Assembly: GCA_035641035.1 (NCBI GenBank)
Contig: DASQVA010000033.1
Location: 737-64,736, forward strand
Origin: Rubrobacter sp.
GTDB taxonomy: Bacteria > Actinomycetota > Rubrobacteria > Rubrobacterales > Rubrobacteraceae
Length of the DNA stretch: 64,000 bases
Direction: 5' to 3'
Every line of letters begins with the position of its first letter. Position 1 is the stretch's first letter. Positions 22,165 through 31,553 of the stretch are shown piece by piece. The notes under the pieces are model-generated. The model did not search any database. It saw only the letters and a list, made by a program, of their open reading frames with translations, and was not told the origin of the DNA. The translations under genes were made by a program, and so were the position numbers.

Positions 22165-22946
22165 CGGCCGAGCCCCCGCGCTTGCTCGGTCGCCGCCTCG
22201 ACCCCATCGTAGACGGCCGCAACGAACCCGGCCTTCTCCATCGCGACGAACGCCGCCGCTGTCGTTCCGCCCGGCGTCATAACCTCGTCGCGCACCTGGT
22301 GGGCGCTCCGCTCCTTGAGTAGCACGGCCGTCCCACCTATCGTGCCCACCACCAGCCTGCGCGCCACGTCGCGCGGGATGCCCTCCCTGACGCCGGCCTG
22401 AATCAGCGCGTCGGCGAAGAGGGCGACGTATGCCGGACCCGAGCCGTGCAGAGCCGTCGCCGCATCGAAGAGCCGCTCCGGCAGCTCCAGCACATCGCCG
22501 ACGTGGCGGAAGATGTCCATTACCGTCGGCAGCGTGTCCCGTCCCGCCTCGTTCGCGGTGACAACAGCCGACCCCAGGCCCACCGAGGCGCACACGTTCG
22601 GCATCACACGCAGCACCGCGGTGCCTTCCGGTAAATTCTCCGAGATGCGCGCGATCGAGACGCCCGCCGCTACACTCGTTACGGCCTTCTCGGTGCCCTT
22701 GAAGGCAGGAGACATCTCCTGCATAACCTGCGCGACGTCCCAGGGCTTCACGGCGACGATAATGAGATCACTCCACTGGGCGAGCTCGTGGTTGGAGGAG
22801 GTAGTGCGCACCCCGACGTCTTTGAAAACCCGGAGTTGCTCAGGGTGGATGTCGCTGACGCCGAGGTCGAACCCTCCCGATTCGGCGAGCCTCAGGAGCA
22901 GAGAGCCCCCGATCTTGCCCGCCCCGATTATCCCGACCTTCTTCAA
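22161..22946 (-). CDS. proC: Pyrroline-5-carboxylate reductase
   Basis: 'GIIGAGKIG', 'AVKP', 'RVMPN', 'GSGPAY', 'TPGGTT'. Confidence 0.95.
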   Translation of the reverse strand: MKKVGIIGAGKIGGSLLLRLAESGGFDLGVSDIHPEQLRVFKDVGVRTTSSNHELAQWSDLIIVAVKPWDVAQVMQEMSPAFKGTEKAVTSVAAGVSIARISENLPEGTAVLRVMPNVCASVGLGSAVVTANEAGRDTLPTVMDIFRHVGDVLELPERLFDAATALHGSGPAYVALFADALIQAGVREGIPRDVARRLVVGTIGGTAVLLKERSAHQVRDEVMTPGGTTAAAFVAMEKAGFVAAVYDGVEAATEQARGLGR

Positions 22947-22963
22947 ACTTTCCTCGAAAGCTC

Positions 22964-23539
22964 TTAGAGCTGGTTGAAGAAAGCCCGCTCGGCGATCAGT
23001 TTGCGCTCTTCGGCGCTGACCTCGACGTCGCGGGGTGTGAGCAGAAAGACTCGGTTGGCGACGGACTGGATGTTGCCATCGAGCGCGTACGTCAGGCCCG
23101 AGCAGAAGTCCACCATCCGTCGAGACAGGTCGCCGTCCACGCTCTGGAGGTTCAGTATCACGGGCTGCTGGCGCTTGAAGCGGTCGGCGAGGTTCTGGGC
23201 GTCGTTGAAGCTCGACGGCTCGAGCACGCTCACCTTGGTAGGGCGCTGGTCGGGAACGGGCCTGAGGTGCGCGGGCGAGTTCTGGCTGGCGTGACGCTCT
23301 CCCTTACCCGAGCCCTCGCTGCCGAAGAGATCCCCGAGGGAGGTGCCGAAAGCCGAGGAGCGCTCCGCCCGCCCGAGCCGTCTAACGGTCGGACCAGGCT
23401 CACCGCCGCGCGCGCCGTTGCTGTACGGGTCTGTGGCGTAGCGGCGACCTTCTTCCTCTTCGTCCTCGTAGTAGTCGTCTTCGTCGACACCGAACCCGAA
23501 CCAGGCCGCGATCCGGTCCAGACGGTCCCTAACTCCCAT
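22964..23539 (-). CDS. sepF: Cell division protein SepF
   Basis: 'PSSFNDAQ', 'PVILNL', 'RRMVDFCSGLTYALDG', 'FLLTP'. Confidence 0.95.
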   Translation of the reverse strand: MGVRDRLDRIAAWFGFGVDEDDYYEDEEEEGRRYATDPYSNGARGGEPGPTVRRLGRAERSSAFGTSLGDLFGSEGSGKGERHASQNSPAHLRPVPDQRPTKVSVLEPSSFNDAQNLADRFKRQQPVILNLQSVDGDLSRRMVDFCSGLTYALDGNIQSVANRVFLLTPRDVEVSAEERKLIAERAFFNQL

Positions 23540-24257
23540 CTTTCCTCCTTACGGGCTCATCCTCCTCTATTAGCATCCGCCCGATCCTGACCAGGGTAGC
23601 TCCCTCTTCAACCGCTACCTCATAATCGCCACTCATTCCCATGGAGAGTTCGGAGAGGTCAAAGTGCGGACTCCAACTCTTGCGTAGCCTATCACGGATC
23701 GACCTGAGTTTCGCGAAAACGTGGCGCACTTCTTCCGGGTCCTCGACCAGCGGGGCGAGCGTCATGAACCCCCTCGCCATAACTCCCCCCTCCGTCGCAG
23801 CGGCCGCCTCGAGCAGCGACTCGACCTCGTCCTCGGATGTCCCGTACCTGGACTCCTGCCCGCCGATGTTGACCTGCAGGAGCACCTCGACACCGCCCTC
23901 AGGGGCCCTCACTGCGAGCTCTTCTACGAGCCTCACCGAGTCAACCGAGTGGATCAGGGTAACGCGGGGGACTACCACCTTCGCCTTGCGCCGCTGAACG
24001 TGGCCGATAAAGTGCCACTCAAAACGGTCACCGAACAGCTCCTGCTTGCCGACAAGTTCCTCCGCCCGGTTCTCCCCAACAAGGTCGACGCCAGCCTCCG
24101 CGAGCGCTGAGATCTGCTCCAGCGCATAGTACTTGCTGGCGACGAGCAGCCTGACCCGGTCCGCCTCGCGCCCGCTCCTCTCCAGCGCCCGATTAATCTT
24201 CTCGCGCACGCGCGCGAGCCTCGCCTGGATGACCTCTCCGTTCACTTGCAAGCTCAC
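23529..24257 (-). CDS. YggS/PROSC family PLP homeostasis protein
   Basis: 'VASKY', 'GENR', 'WHFIGHVQ', 'LSMGMSGDY'. Confidence 0.93.
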   Translation of the reverse strand: MSLQVNGEVIQARLARVREKINRALERSGREADRVRLLVASKYYALEQISALAEAGVDLVGENRAEELVGKQELFGDRFEWHFIGHVQRRKAKVVVPRVTLIHSVDSVRLVEELAVRAPEGGVEVLLQVNIGGQESRYGTSEDEVESLLEAAAATEGGVMARGFMTLAPLVEDPEEVRHVFAKLRSIRDRLRKSWSPHFDLSELSMGMSGDYEVAVEEGATLVRIGRMLIEEDEPVRRKDGS

Positions 24258-25015
24258 CCCGCCACCCTCGCCACCGATGCGAGGGTGCGTCCCGTCAGTG
24301 GTCCCTGTTTCCGATGCGAATAGAACAGCTCGGGTCGGCACCCCGTACAAAGCCCCAGATCATGGACCTCAACCTCGGCCCGTTCAAGGTCGGTACGGAT
24401 GGCGTCCGGCAGAGAAAGGTACCGCCCCGAGACCACCCCGTCCCCGAACTCGCCTGCGAACTCCCGCGCCCGCTCCTCCGAAACCTCGTAGCAGCACCGA
24501 CGGATGCACGGCCCAACGTAGGCCCGTATTCCAAGTCCCGCCATGCAGCGCGCCGCCTTCCCGGATACCCCGGCGAGGGTACCGCGCCAGCCCGAGTGGA
24601 CCATGCCGACGTCGCCCACGCCGACGAGCGCCACGGGGACGCAGTCCGCCACGGCAACGGAGAGGCACAGGTCCTGCTCGGAGGTGACCAGCGCGTCGGC
24701 CTCCCCGGCAAAGCCCGCCGCCGACACCCGCGCCACGCCGTCACCGGCGACCTGGCGGACCCAGGCCGAGGACCGTCCGCCCAACGCCTCCCTGATGATG
24801 GAGAGGTTCTCGTCCACCGCTGTCGGTTCGTCGCCGACAGATTTGGAGACGTTGAGGGAATCATAGGGTGGTTCCGAGACGCCGCCGAGCCGGGTGAAAA
24901 ACCAGAGGCGCGCCCCTGCGGGCGCGGGGTCGGGCGCGACGTAGACGGCGCCCCCTGTCCCGGTGTAGGCTACGGTGGGGGCGCCCTGTGGAGATTGGGT
25001 TTGTACTCTGCGCAC
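24254..25015 (-). CDS. pgeF: PgeF/YlmD/YfiH-family protein
   Basis: 'FTRLGGVS', 'ADCVPV', 'HSGWRG', 'CCYEV', 'FYSHR'. Confidence 0.88.
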   Translation of the reverse strand: MRRVQTQSPQGAPTVAYTGTGGAVYVAPDPAPAGARLWFFTRLGGVSEPPYDSLNVSKSVGDEPTAVDENLSIIREALGGRSSAWVRQVAGDGVARVSAAGFAGEADALVTSEQDLCLSVAVADCVPVALVGVGDVGMVHSGWRGTLAGVSGKAARCMAGLGIRAYVGPCIRRCCYEVSEERAREFAGEFGDGVVSGRYLSLPDAIRTDLERAEVEVHDLGLCTGCRPELFYSHRKQGPLTGRTLASVARVAG

Positions 25016-25030
25016 GTCTCGGGGTCGGAT

Positions 25031-26107
25031 CTAGCGCCGCCTAAGGAAGGCCGGGATGTCCAGCACGTCACCCGTCTCCTGCGAAAGCGCAGGCTCCTCC
25101 TGATGATGCGGTTGCTGCGGCTCTATCCCGGAGCGCTCGGAGCGGCGCTGGTTGGCAAGCCGCTGATCAAAGCCCGTGGCGATCACGGTGACGCTCACCC
25201 GGTCCCCGTAGCCCTCGTCTATGACCGCGCCGAAGATGAGGTTGGCGTCCTGGTGGGCGGCGTTGTGTACGATCTCCGCCGCCTCGTTGACCTCGAACAG
25301 CCCGAGGTCGTTGCCGCCGGTGATGTTCAGGATGATCCCGGTGGCCCCCTCGATGCTCGCCTCGAGCAACGGGCTCGAGATCGCTGTCTTCGCCGCCTCG
25401 GCACCCCTGGTCTCGCTGCTCGACTCCCCGATACCCATCAGCGCCGACCCCGAGTTGTGCATGATAGTGCGCACGTCCGCGAAGTCCAAGTTGATCAGCC
25501 CCGGCACCGTGATGAGGTCAGTGATGCCCTGAACGCCCTTCCTCAGAATGTCGTCGGCCATCCTGAACGCGTCCATCATGCTGGTACGCTTCTCGGCGAC
25601 CTGAAGGAGCCTGTCGTTGGGGATGATGATCAAGGAGTCCACGTTCTCCTTGAGGCGCTTGATCCCCTCCTCAGCGTAGGTCGACCGCCGCCGACCCTCG
25701 AACGCGAATGGCCGCGTGACGACCCCGACCGTCAGCGCCCCCGAGTCCCGGGCTATCTTCGCCACCACCGGGGCCGCCCCCGTTCCCGTGCCGCCACCCT
25801 TGCCGGCGGTCACGAACACCATGTCCGCCCCGCGCAGCGCCTCCTCGATCTCCGCCTTGTTCTCCTCGGCGGCCTCCATCCCGACCTTGGGGTCGGCGCC
25901 GGCCCCAAGGCCACGCGTGATCTTCTCTCCAATGTGTATCTTCTGGTCGGCGTCAGTCATCTGGAGGGCCTGTGCGTCCGTGTTGACCGCTATGAACTCA
26001 ACCCCCTGCAAGCCGGAGTTGATCATGCGGTTCACGGCGTTGGTCCCCCCGCCGCCAATGCCGACCACCTTTATTACCGCCAGATAGTTAGTCGCCGCGT
26101 CCAGCAT
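25031..26107 (-). CDS. ftsZ: Cell division protein FtsZ
   Basis: 'GGGTGTG' tubulin signature; C-terminal 'LDIPAFLRR'. Confidence 0.98.
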   Translation of the reverse strand: MLDAATNYLAVIKVVGIGGGGTNAVNRMINSGLQGVEFIAVNTDAQALQMTDADQKIHIGEKITRGLGAGADPKVGMEAAEENKAEIEEALRGADMVFVTAGKGGGTGTGAAPVVAKIARDSGALTVGVVTRPFAFEGRRRSTYAEEGIKRLKENVDSLIIIPNDRLLQVAEKRTSMMDAFRMADDILRKGVQGITDLITVPGLINLDFADVRTIMHNSGSALMGIGESSSETRGAEAAKTAISSPLLEASIEGATGIILNITGGNDLGLFEVNEAAEIVHNAAHQDANLIFGAVIDEGYGDRVSVTVIATGFDQRLANQRRSERSGIEPQQPHHQEEPALSQETGDVLDIPAFLRRR

Positions 26108-26151
26108 CCCTCTCCAACCCTCCATTACTCATTCTCGGGGGCCCCGCCGGT

Positions 26152-27354
26152 CTACCTGCCCCGGAACCAGCCCTTGACCGCCTCCACTATGCTACCAAAG
26201 CTCGTCTTCCCTGCACCTTTACTCTTTGATCCAAGGTCACAGTTTTTAGCTGCGAAGTATAGCAGACCTATAGACGTCGCATACTGAGGCTTCTGTACAG
26301 GTTCAACCTCATCCCTGACTCGTTTGGGTGTTGCGGTGCTGGCGCGCATCCCCAGAATGTCCTCAGCAAGCTCGGTCATCCCGCTCAGGAGGGACCCGCC
26401 GCCGGTAAGGACGACACCGCCGGGGAGCAGGTCGCGGGTACCGCTCTTTTCGAGCGAGTCGCGGGCGTACTCGAGTACCTCGCGGGCGCGGTACTCGAGG
26501 ATCTGGCTGATGAAGTGGGCGTTGTAGTGGCGGTCGTCAAGCTTGACGGGCGCGACGGAGTCGACGGTCTGGGAGAGGACGGTACCGTAGCGGAGCTTGA
26601 GCTCTTCGGCCTTGTGCTGCGAGATCTTTAGCCCATAGGCAATGTCAGACGAGAAGCTCTCGCCTCCGATAGGGATAACAGCCGTATGAGTCAGGGCGCC
26701 CCGGATGAAGGTGGCTATGTCGGTCGTACCACCGCCGATGTCTAGAAGGGCAACGCCGACCTCACGGTCGGAATCCACGAGGCAGGCTTCTGCTGAGGCG
26801 AGCGGCTCCAGCACGACGCGCGAGACCCTGACCCCGCAGTCCTCGACGGCGCGGAGGAGGTTCTGGATGCTCGAGACGGCGCCGCTTACCACGTGGGCAC
26901 GCATCGTGACCTTGCGTGCGGCGAGGCCGATAGGGCTCTTGACCCCCTCCGACCCGTCCAGGACGTAACCGCGCGGCACCACGTGTAAGACCCGCTCGTC
27001 TTCGGCCAGATCTAGCTGGCGGGCTTCCTGATCCAGCCTGCGCAAAAACCGGTCGGTCACCGTGAGGTCTCTGCTGCGGTTGAGGAGGGTTACCTCCGTA
27101 TTAAAAGATGAGATGTGGCTCCCCGCGATGCCAACGCTCACGGGTCCCCCCCGCACGCCGCAGGCTTCCAGGGCCTCGCCAATGGAATTGGCCGCCGCCT
27201 GACGGTCGATCACGACGCCTTTCCTGAGCCCGTAGCTGGGTGCCTCTCCCATGGAGAGGACCTCCACCCAACCCCGCCGCGGGTCCACCCGGCCCGCGAG
27301 CGCCACGATCTTCGTGGTGCCCACATCTATCCCGTATACCACAGGCTGCGCCAC
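26152..27354 (-). CDS. ftsA: Cell division protein FtsA
   Basis: 'GIDVGTTKI', 'LDIGGGTTD', 'VVLTGGGS'; C-terminal amphipathic helix 'AVKGWFRG'. Confidence 0.95.
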   Translation of the reverse strand: MAQPVVYGIDVGTTKIVALAGRVDPRRGWVEVLSMGEAPSYGLRKGVVIDRQAAANSIGEALEACGVRGGPVSVGIAGSHISSFNTEVTLLNRSRDLTVTDRFLRRLDQEARQLDLAEDERVLHVVPRGYVLDGSEGVKSPIGLAARKVTMRAHVVSGAVSSIQNLLRAVEDCGVRVSRVVLEPLASAEACLVDSDREVGVALLDIGGGTTDIATFIRGALTHTAVIPIGGESFSSDIAYGLKISQHKAEELKLRYGTVLSQTVDSVAPVKLDDRHYNAHFISQILEYRAREVLEYARDSLEKSGTRDLLPGGVVLTGGGSLLSGMTELAEDILGMRASTATPKRVRDEVEPVQKPQYATSIGLLYFAAKNCDLGSKSKGAGKTSFGSIVEAVKGWFRGR

Positions 27355-27360
27355 GTCCGG

Positions 27361-28035
27361 CTAACCTCTGGCCTCGCCGCCGGACTGTCCTCCGACCACG
27401 ACCCTCTCGGGGGACCGAAGGTCGAAGATTTCGGCCTCTGGGTGCCGCCGCATGATGTCCGTCAGGGCTCTCGCCTGCCCCTGGCGCACGCCACCGGAGA
27501 AGACGACCCTGCGGCCTTCCACGGTAGCCTCGATGCCCTGTGGGCCGGCCTCGCCTACCGAGTTCAGCTTGACCCCGCTTGCGCTCAACACCCTGGCGAA
27601 CTCCAAGATATCCCCCACCTGATCCCGATCCAATTCCACCCTCCCAAGCCCCACTCCACCGAGTCCCGGGAGCTCCTTCCCATCGGGTGACAGGATCACC
27701 CGCCGTGCCCCTACCTCGGCGTCGAGCATAGGTCGACGCTCCTCAACCTCAACCGTAACTATACCGGATTCCCAATTCTTCGACACTCTCGCACCCTTGA
27801 CCCAAGAATTAGACTTTACTTCGCGCTCCAGGGATTCTTCATCGAGGGTGAGGAGGCTCGCGTGGTCGGGCACGGTGTCCCAGACGTCGGATTCGGGGTA
27901 CATTCGTGCGCCTTCAACCTGGATGCCGGTCACCGGGAAGCTCAGGTAGGCAACGACGACGACGGTGAAGGTAGTAGCGGCGGCGACGGCCGCCGAGATT
28001 AGGAGGGCGCGCAGGAAATCGTTTAGGGTTGAGAT
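27361..28035 (-). CDS. ftsQ: Cell division protein FtsQ/DivIB
   Basis: POTRA domain '...VEVEERRP', C-terminal 'FDLRSP'; the TM helix lies upstream of the first canonical start; candidate ATC start at 28035. Confidence 0.85.
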   Translation of the reverse strand: MSTLNDFLRALLISAAVAAATTFTVVVVAYLSFPVTGIQVEGARMYPESDVWDTVPDHASLLTLDEESLEREVKSNSWVKGARVSKNWESGIVTVEVEERRPMLDAEVGARRVILSPDGKELPGLGGVGLGRVELDRDQVGDILEFARVLSASGVKLNSVGEAGPQGIEATVEGRRVVFSGGVRQGQARALTDIMRRHPEAEIFDLRSPERVVVGGQSGGEARG

Positions 28036-29387
28036 CTTTGTTCCTCTAGAAGGTCGAGCAGATCTTCCCCTACCTTCGAGATGTCTCCGGCGCCGAGGGT
28101 GAGCACGAGGTCGCCCTTCTCGGAGATGCCTCGCACTACCCCAGATATGGCGTCCATCTGGGGGATGTAATAGACGTCGGGGTGGCCGGGCGTTTCGCAG
28201 ATGGCGTCGACGATCAGCTTCCCGTTTACGCCGGGCTGGGGCATCTCGCCCGCGCCATAAACCTCGGTGATGAGGACGGCGTCGGCCGAGGAGAAGGACT
28301 TCCCAAACTCCCAGTAGAGGGCCCGGGTGCGCGAGTAGCGGTGCGGCTGGAAGACCGCTATCACACGCTCTCCGACAGAGACGGTGGAGCGGGCGGCGTC
28401 CAGCGTCGCGGAGAGTTCGGTCGGGTGGTGGGCGTAGTCATCCACAACGCGGATCTCCGCGCGCTCACCCTTGAGCTGAAATCGGCGGCGTACACCGCCG
28501 AAATCCTTGAGGGTCCGGGCGGCCTCGTGGGCGTCGTGGCCGAGCCAGCGGGCCACGGCGGCCGCGGCCAGGGAATTGAGCACGTTGTGGCGTCCGTAAA
28601 CGTCCAGCTCGACCAGGCCGCGCCTCTCGCCACCTTCGAAGAGCGTGTAGCTATTGGGACCCAGGATCTCCGCGCTGAGGTCCGCCGCGGTGAGACCGTA
28701 GGTCGTCACCGGGCAGGGTGATTTCGCAGCCAAGGCTAGGCAGCGGGGATCGTCGGCGCACGCGACCAGGTGGCCGTCGGCCGGCAGGGAACCTACGAAC
28801 TTCGAGAAGGTCTCCACAACATCGTGCAGGGAGGAGTAAAAGTCGGGATGGTCGAATTCGACGTTCGTGACGACGGCGACCCGGGGGCGGAGGTAGAGGA
28901 GGGAGCGGTCGCTCTCGTCCGCCTCAGCGACGACGAGGTCCGAGCGTCCAAAGGCCACGTTGCTCCCGATGTCATTCAGCTCGCCGCCCACCAGCGCCGT
29001 CGGATTCTCGCCGAGGGCTCTCAGCACGTGGGCCGTCATGCTCGTGGTCGTGGTCTTGCCGTGGGTGCCGGCGACGGCGACGCTGCGGCTGCCGTCCAGT
29101 ATCGAGGCGAGGACCGCGGCCCGCGGTATCACCGGGATGTCCCGACGCCGGGCTTCCAGTAGCTCTGGGTTGGTCTTGGGGATGGCGGTCGAGATCACGA
29201 CCCGCTCCGCGTCCCCGACCTGCCTCCCTGCGTGGCCTATGTAGACTGTGATGCCGGCTTCCCGAAGCCTTCGGGTGTGGCGCGACTCCTTGAGGTCTGA
29301 CCCCGTGACATCGTCCCCCCTGTTTTTGAGTACCTCGGCGATGCCGCTCATGCCGGCCCCACCGATGCCTATCATATGGGTCTTCAT
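28023..29387 (-). CDS. murC: UDP-N-acetylmuramate--L-alanine ligase
   Basis: 'IGIGGAGMSG', 'GTHGKTTT', 'EADESD', 'DDYAHHP', 'FQPHRY'. Confidence 0.97.
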   Translation of the reverse strand: MKTHMIGIGGAGMSGIAEVLKNRGDDVTGSDLKESRHTRRLREAGITVYIGHAGRQVGDAERVVISTAIPKTNPELLEARRRDIPVIPRAAVLASILDGSRSVAVAGTHGKTTTTSMTAHVLRALGENPTALVGGELNDIGSNVAFGRSDLVVAEADESDRSLLYLRPRVAVVTNVEFDHPDFYSSLHDVVETFSKFVGSLPADGHLVACADDPRCLALAAKSPCPVTTYGLTAADLSAEILGPNSYTLFEGGERRGLVELDVYGRHNVLNSLAAAAVARWLGHDAHEAARTLKDFGGVRRRFQLKGERAEIRVVDDYAHHPTELSATLDAARSTVSVGERVIAVFQPHRYSRTRALYWEFGKSFSSADAVLITEVYGAGEMPQPGVNGKLIVDAICETPGHPDVYYIPQMDAISGVVRGISEKGDLVLTLGAGDISKVGEDLLDLLEEQRSQP

Positions 29388-30508
29388 GCTCTCGGTTCCT
29401 CCATCGCGGCGCCGAGAAGTCTCTCGGCCACCTCCGCGGCCGCTCCCGGGGTGGCCAGCGCGCCGATGCGCTGGGCTAGCCGCTCCCGGCGCGGGACGTC
29501 GTTCACCAGGTCTTCGACGCGATCCCGCAGGGCTTCAGCGCCGACTTCGGAGTCCGGCATCAGCTCGGCGGCCCCTCTCCCGGTGAAGTAGCGGGCGTTG
29601 TACAGCTGATGGTCGTTGGTTGCGTGCGGGAAGGGAATGAGGATGGCCGCCCTCCCTGCGGCCGCAATGTCGAACAGCGACCCCGCGCCGGCCCGGCTGA
29701 CGACCACGCTCGCGGCTGCTAGGTAGCGCCAGATGTCGTCCACGTACTCGAGGATCTTGTGCCGCGGGTTGTCCGTCGAGAGCCGCCCGAAATCCCGCCG
29801 CCCCGAGAGGTGGACAACCGTGTAGGGAGTCAAGCTCCCAAACGCCTCGGCCGCAGCGAGGTTGATCTTGAGCGCGCCGCCGCTCCCCCCGAATATCACC
29901 ACGACCGGCGGCTCCAGACCCAAGTCGCGAAGTGCCTCCTCCCGTGAGGCCCCGAACGCCTCCACCCTGGTCGGCATCCCGACCCAGCGCGCGCGCCTGA
30001 AATGTTCCTCGGCCGCCGGGAACGTCACCAAAGTCTCCCGCGTGAAGCGACTCGCCAGACGGTTGACCCGACCGGGCACGGAGTTCTGTTCGTGCAGAAA
30101 CGTCGGTACGCCTAGGGTCCTCGCTGCGACCACCGCCGGCGCGCTCGCGTAGCCTCCCACCCCGAGAACCACCTGCGGTCGCAATCTCTGTATTATGCGT
30201 CTACAGGCTGAGATGGCCGCGAGGGATAGCAGGCTTGCGCGTACTTGGGAGAGGGGGGCTCCGGTGAGGCCCGTGAGGTTGAGAGGATGGAGAGTGTAGC
30301 CCGCGCGGGGGACGAGGTCTCTCTCTATACCGGCGTGGGCTCCGACGAACTCGATCACGGCTCCCCTCTCTCGCAAGCTATCCGCCACGCAGAGCGCGGG
30401 GATGGCGTGACCGCCCGTGCCGCCCCCAGCGATCAGGATCCGCGGCGTTGTCTTCCAAAGATCTAGCGGGTCCTTGGGGGCGGGGTGTGACCTCTCTGGC
30501 TCGTTCAC
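29384..30508 (-). CDS. murG: Lipid II GlcNAc transferase MurG (start uncertain)
   Basis: 'GGGTGGH', 'HEQN', 'GGSGGA', 'SRAGA', 'HQLYNA'. Confidence 0.95.
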   Translation of the reverse strand: MNEPERSHPAPKDPLDLWKTTPRILIAGGGTGGHAIPALCVADSLRERGAVIEFVGAHAGIERDLVPRAGYTLHPLNLTGLTGAPLSQVRASLLSLAAISACRRIIQRLRPQVVLGVGGYASAPAVVAARTLGVPTFLHEQNSVPGRVNRLASRFTRETLVTFPAAEEHFRRARWVGMPTRVEAFGASREEALRDLGLEPPVVVIFGGSGGALKINLAAAEAFGSLTPYTVVHLSGRRDFGRLSTDNPRHKILEYVDDIWRYLAAASVVVSRAGAGSLFDIAAAGRAAILIPFPHATNDHQLYNARYFTGRGAAELMPDSEVGAEALRDRVEDLVNDVPRRERLAQRIGALATPGAAAEVAERLLGAAMEEPRA

Positions 30509-31553
30509 TGTCCTCCGATATCCGGTAGAGGATACCCACGGCGGCGAAGCATACCAGGAGGCTCGAACCGCCGTAGCTGACGAACGGCAACGTTATACCA
30601 GCGAGCGGGAGGACGACCATGGCCGCCCCCATGTTGAACACCGCTTGCACGGTGAGCATGGTGGTGAGCCCCGCGGCGACGCAGCGGGCCATCACCGAGG
30701 GGGCGCCCAGGGCGATCTTGAGCCCCGCTAGCGCAATGAACCCGAAGGCGGCGATCACGAGGACCATGCCCAAGAGCCCAAGCTCCTCGCCGACCAGCGC
30801 GAAGATCATGTCCGTGTCAATCTCGGGCACGTAGGGTCCCTGGCCGCCCGCCCCCGCACCCGACCCGAACACGCCCCCGGCCTTTATGGCGACCATGGAC
30901 TGGACGACTTGATAGCCTAGCCCGTCCGCAACGGCCCAGGGGTCGAGGAACATAAGGAACCGGTCGCGCCTGTAGGGAGCGAGCAGCATCACCCCGACGA
31001 GCAACGTGAACATCCCGGTTCCCGAGAGCACCAGATCCCTTGTCCTGATCTCGGAGGCCCACAGCGAGCCGGCGACACCCGCCAGCACGACCACGGAGGT
31101 GCCGAAGTCCGGCTCCACGAGGACCAGGACGAAGAGCACCCCGACCGCGGTGAGGGGCTTGAGGGGCAGTCCGGAGCCGCGAGGCAGGCGCGCGACCGAA
31201 CAGCTCAGGGCGAGCACGGCGGCCAGCTTGGCGAACTCCGCGGGCTGAAGGCTTACGGGACCGAGATCGAACCACCTCTTCGCGCCGCCGACCTCGGTCC
31301 CGATTCCCGGCACCAAGACTAATACGAGGCCAACGAGCACGACGACGTACAGCGCCGGCGCGTATCGCCGCCACGCCGTATAGCGTAACCGACTCGTCAC
31401 AGCGAAGACGGCGACCCCCACCACCATGTGCAGGACTCGTACAAGCAGATAGTGTGTACCGTAATCCCGGTAGGTGGCCGAGTAGATCATGACGAGCCCT
31501 AGCAACGAGAGCCCCAGCGCCACGAGGAACAGGTTGGCGCGTAGGCTGCTCAT
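30378..31553 (-). CDS. ftsW: SEDS peptidoglycan polymerase FtsW
   Basis: 'GAKRW', 'QPAEFAK', 'EPDFGT', 'LPFVSYGGSS'. Confidence 0.95.
   Translation of the reverse strand: MSSLRANLFLVALGLSLLGLVMIYSATYRDYGTHYLLVRVLHMVVGVAVFAVTSRLRYTAWRRYAPALYVVVLVGLVLVLVPGIGTEVGGAKRWFDLGPVSLQPAEFAKLAAVLALSCSVARLPRGSGLPLKPLTAVGVLFVLVLVEPDFGTSVVVLAGVAGSLWASEIRTRDLVLSGTGMFTLLVGVMLLAPYRRDRFLMFLDPWAVADGLGYQVVQSMVAIKAGGVFGSGAGAGGQGPYVPEIDTDMIFALVGEELGLLGMVLVIAAFGFIALAGLKIALGAPSVMARCVAAGLTTMLTVQAVFNMGAAMVVLPLAGITLPFVSYGGSSLLVCFAAVGILYRISEDSERAREVTPRPQGPARSLEDNAADPDRWGRHGRSRHPRALRGG

Noticed and set aside
24314-26287. 657-aa plus-strand ORF
   Set aside because: Antisense to pgeF/ftsZ; no recognisable domain.
30378-30508. 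131-bp ftsW/murG overlap
   Set aside because: The FtsW tail is low-information read-through sequence and the murG start is uncertain; such overlaps are common in GC-rich dcw clusters.
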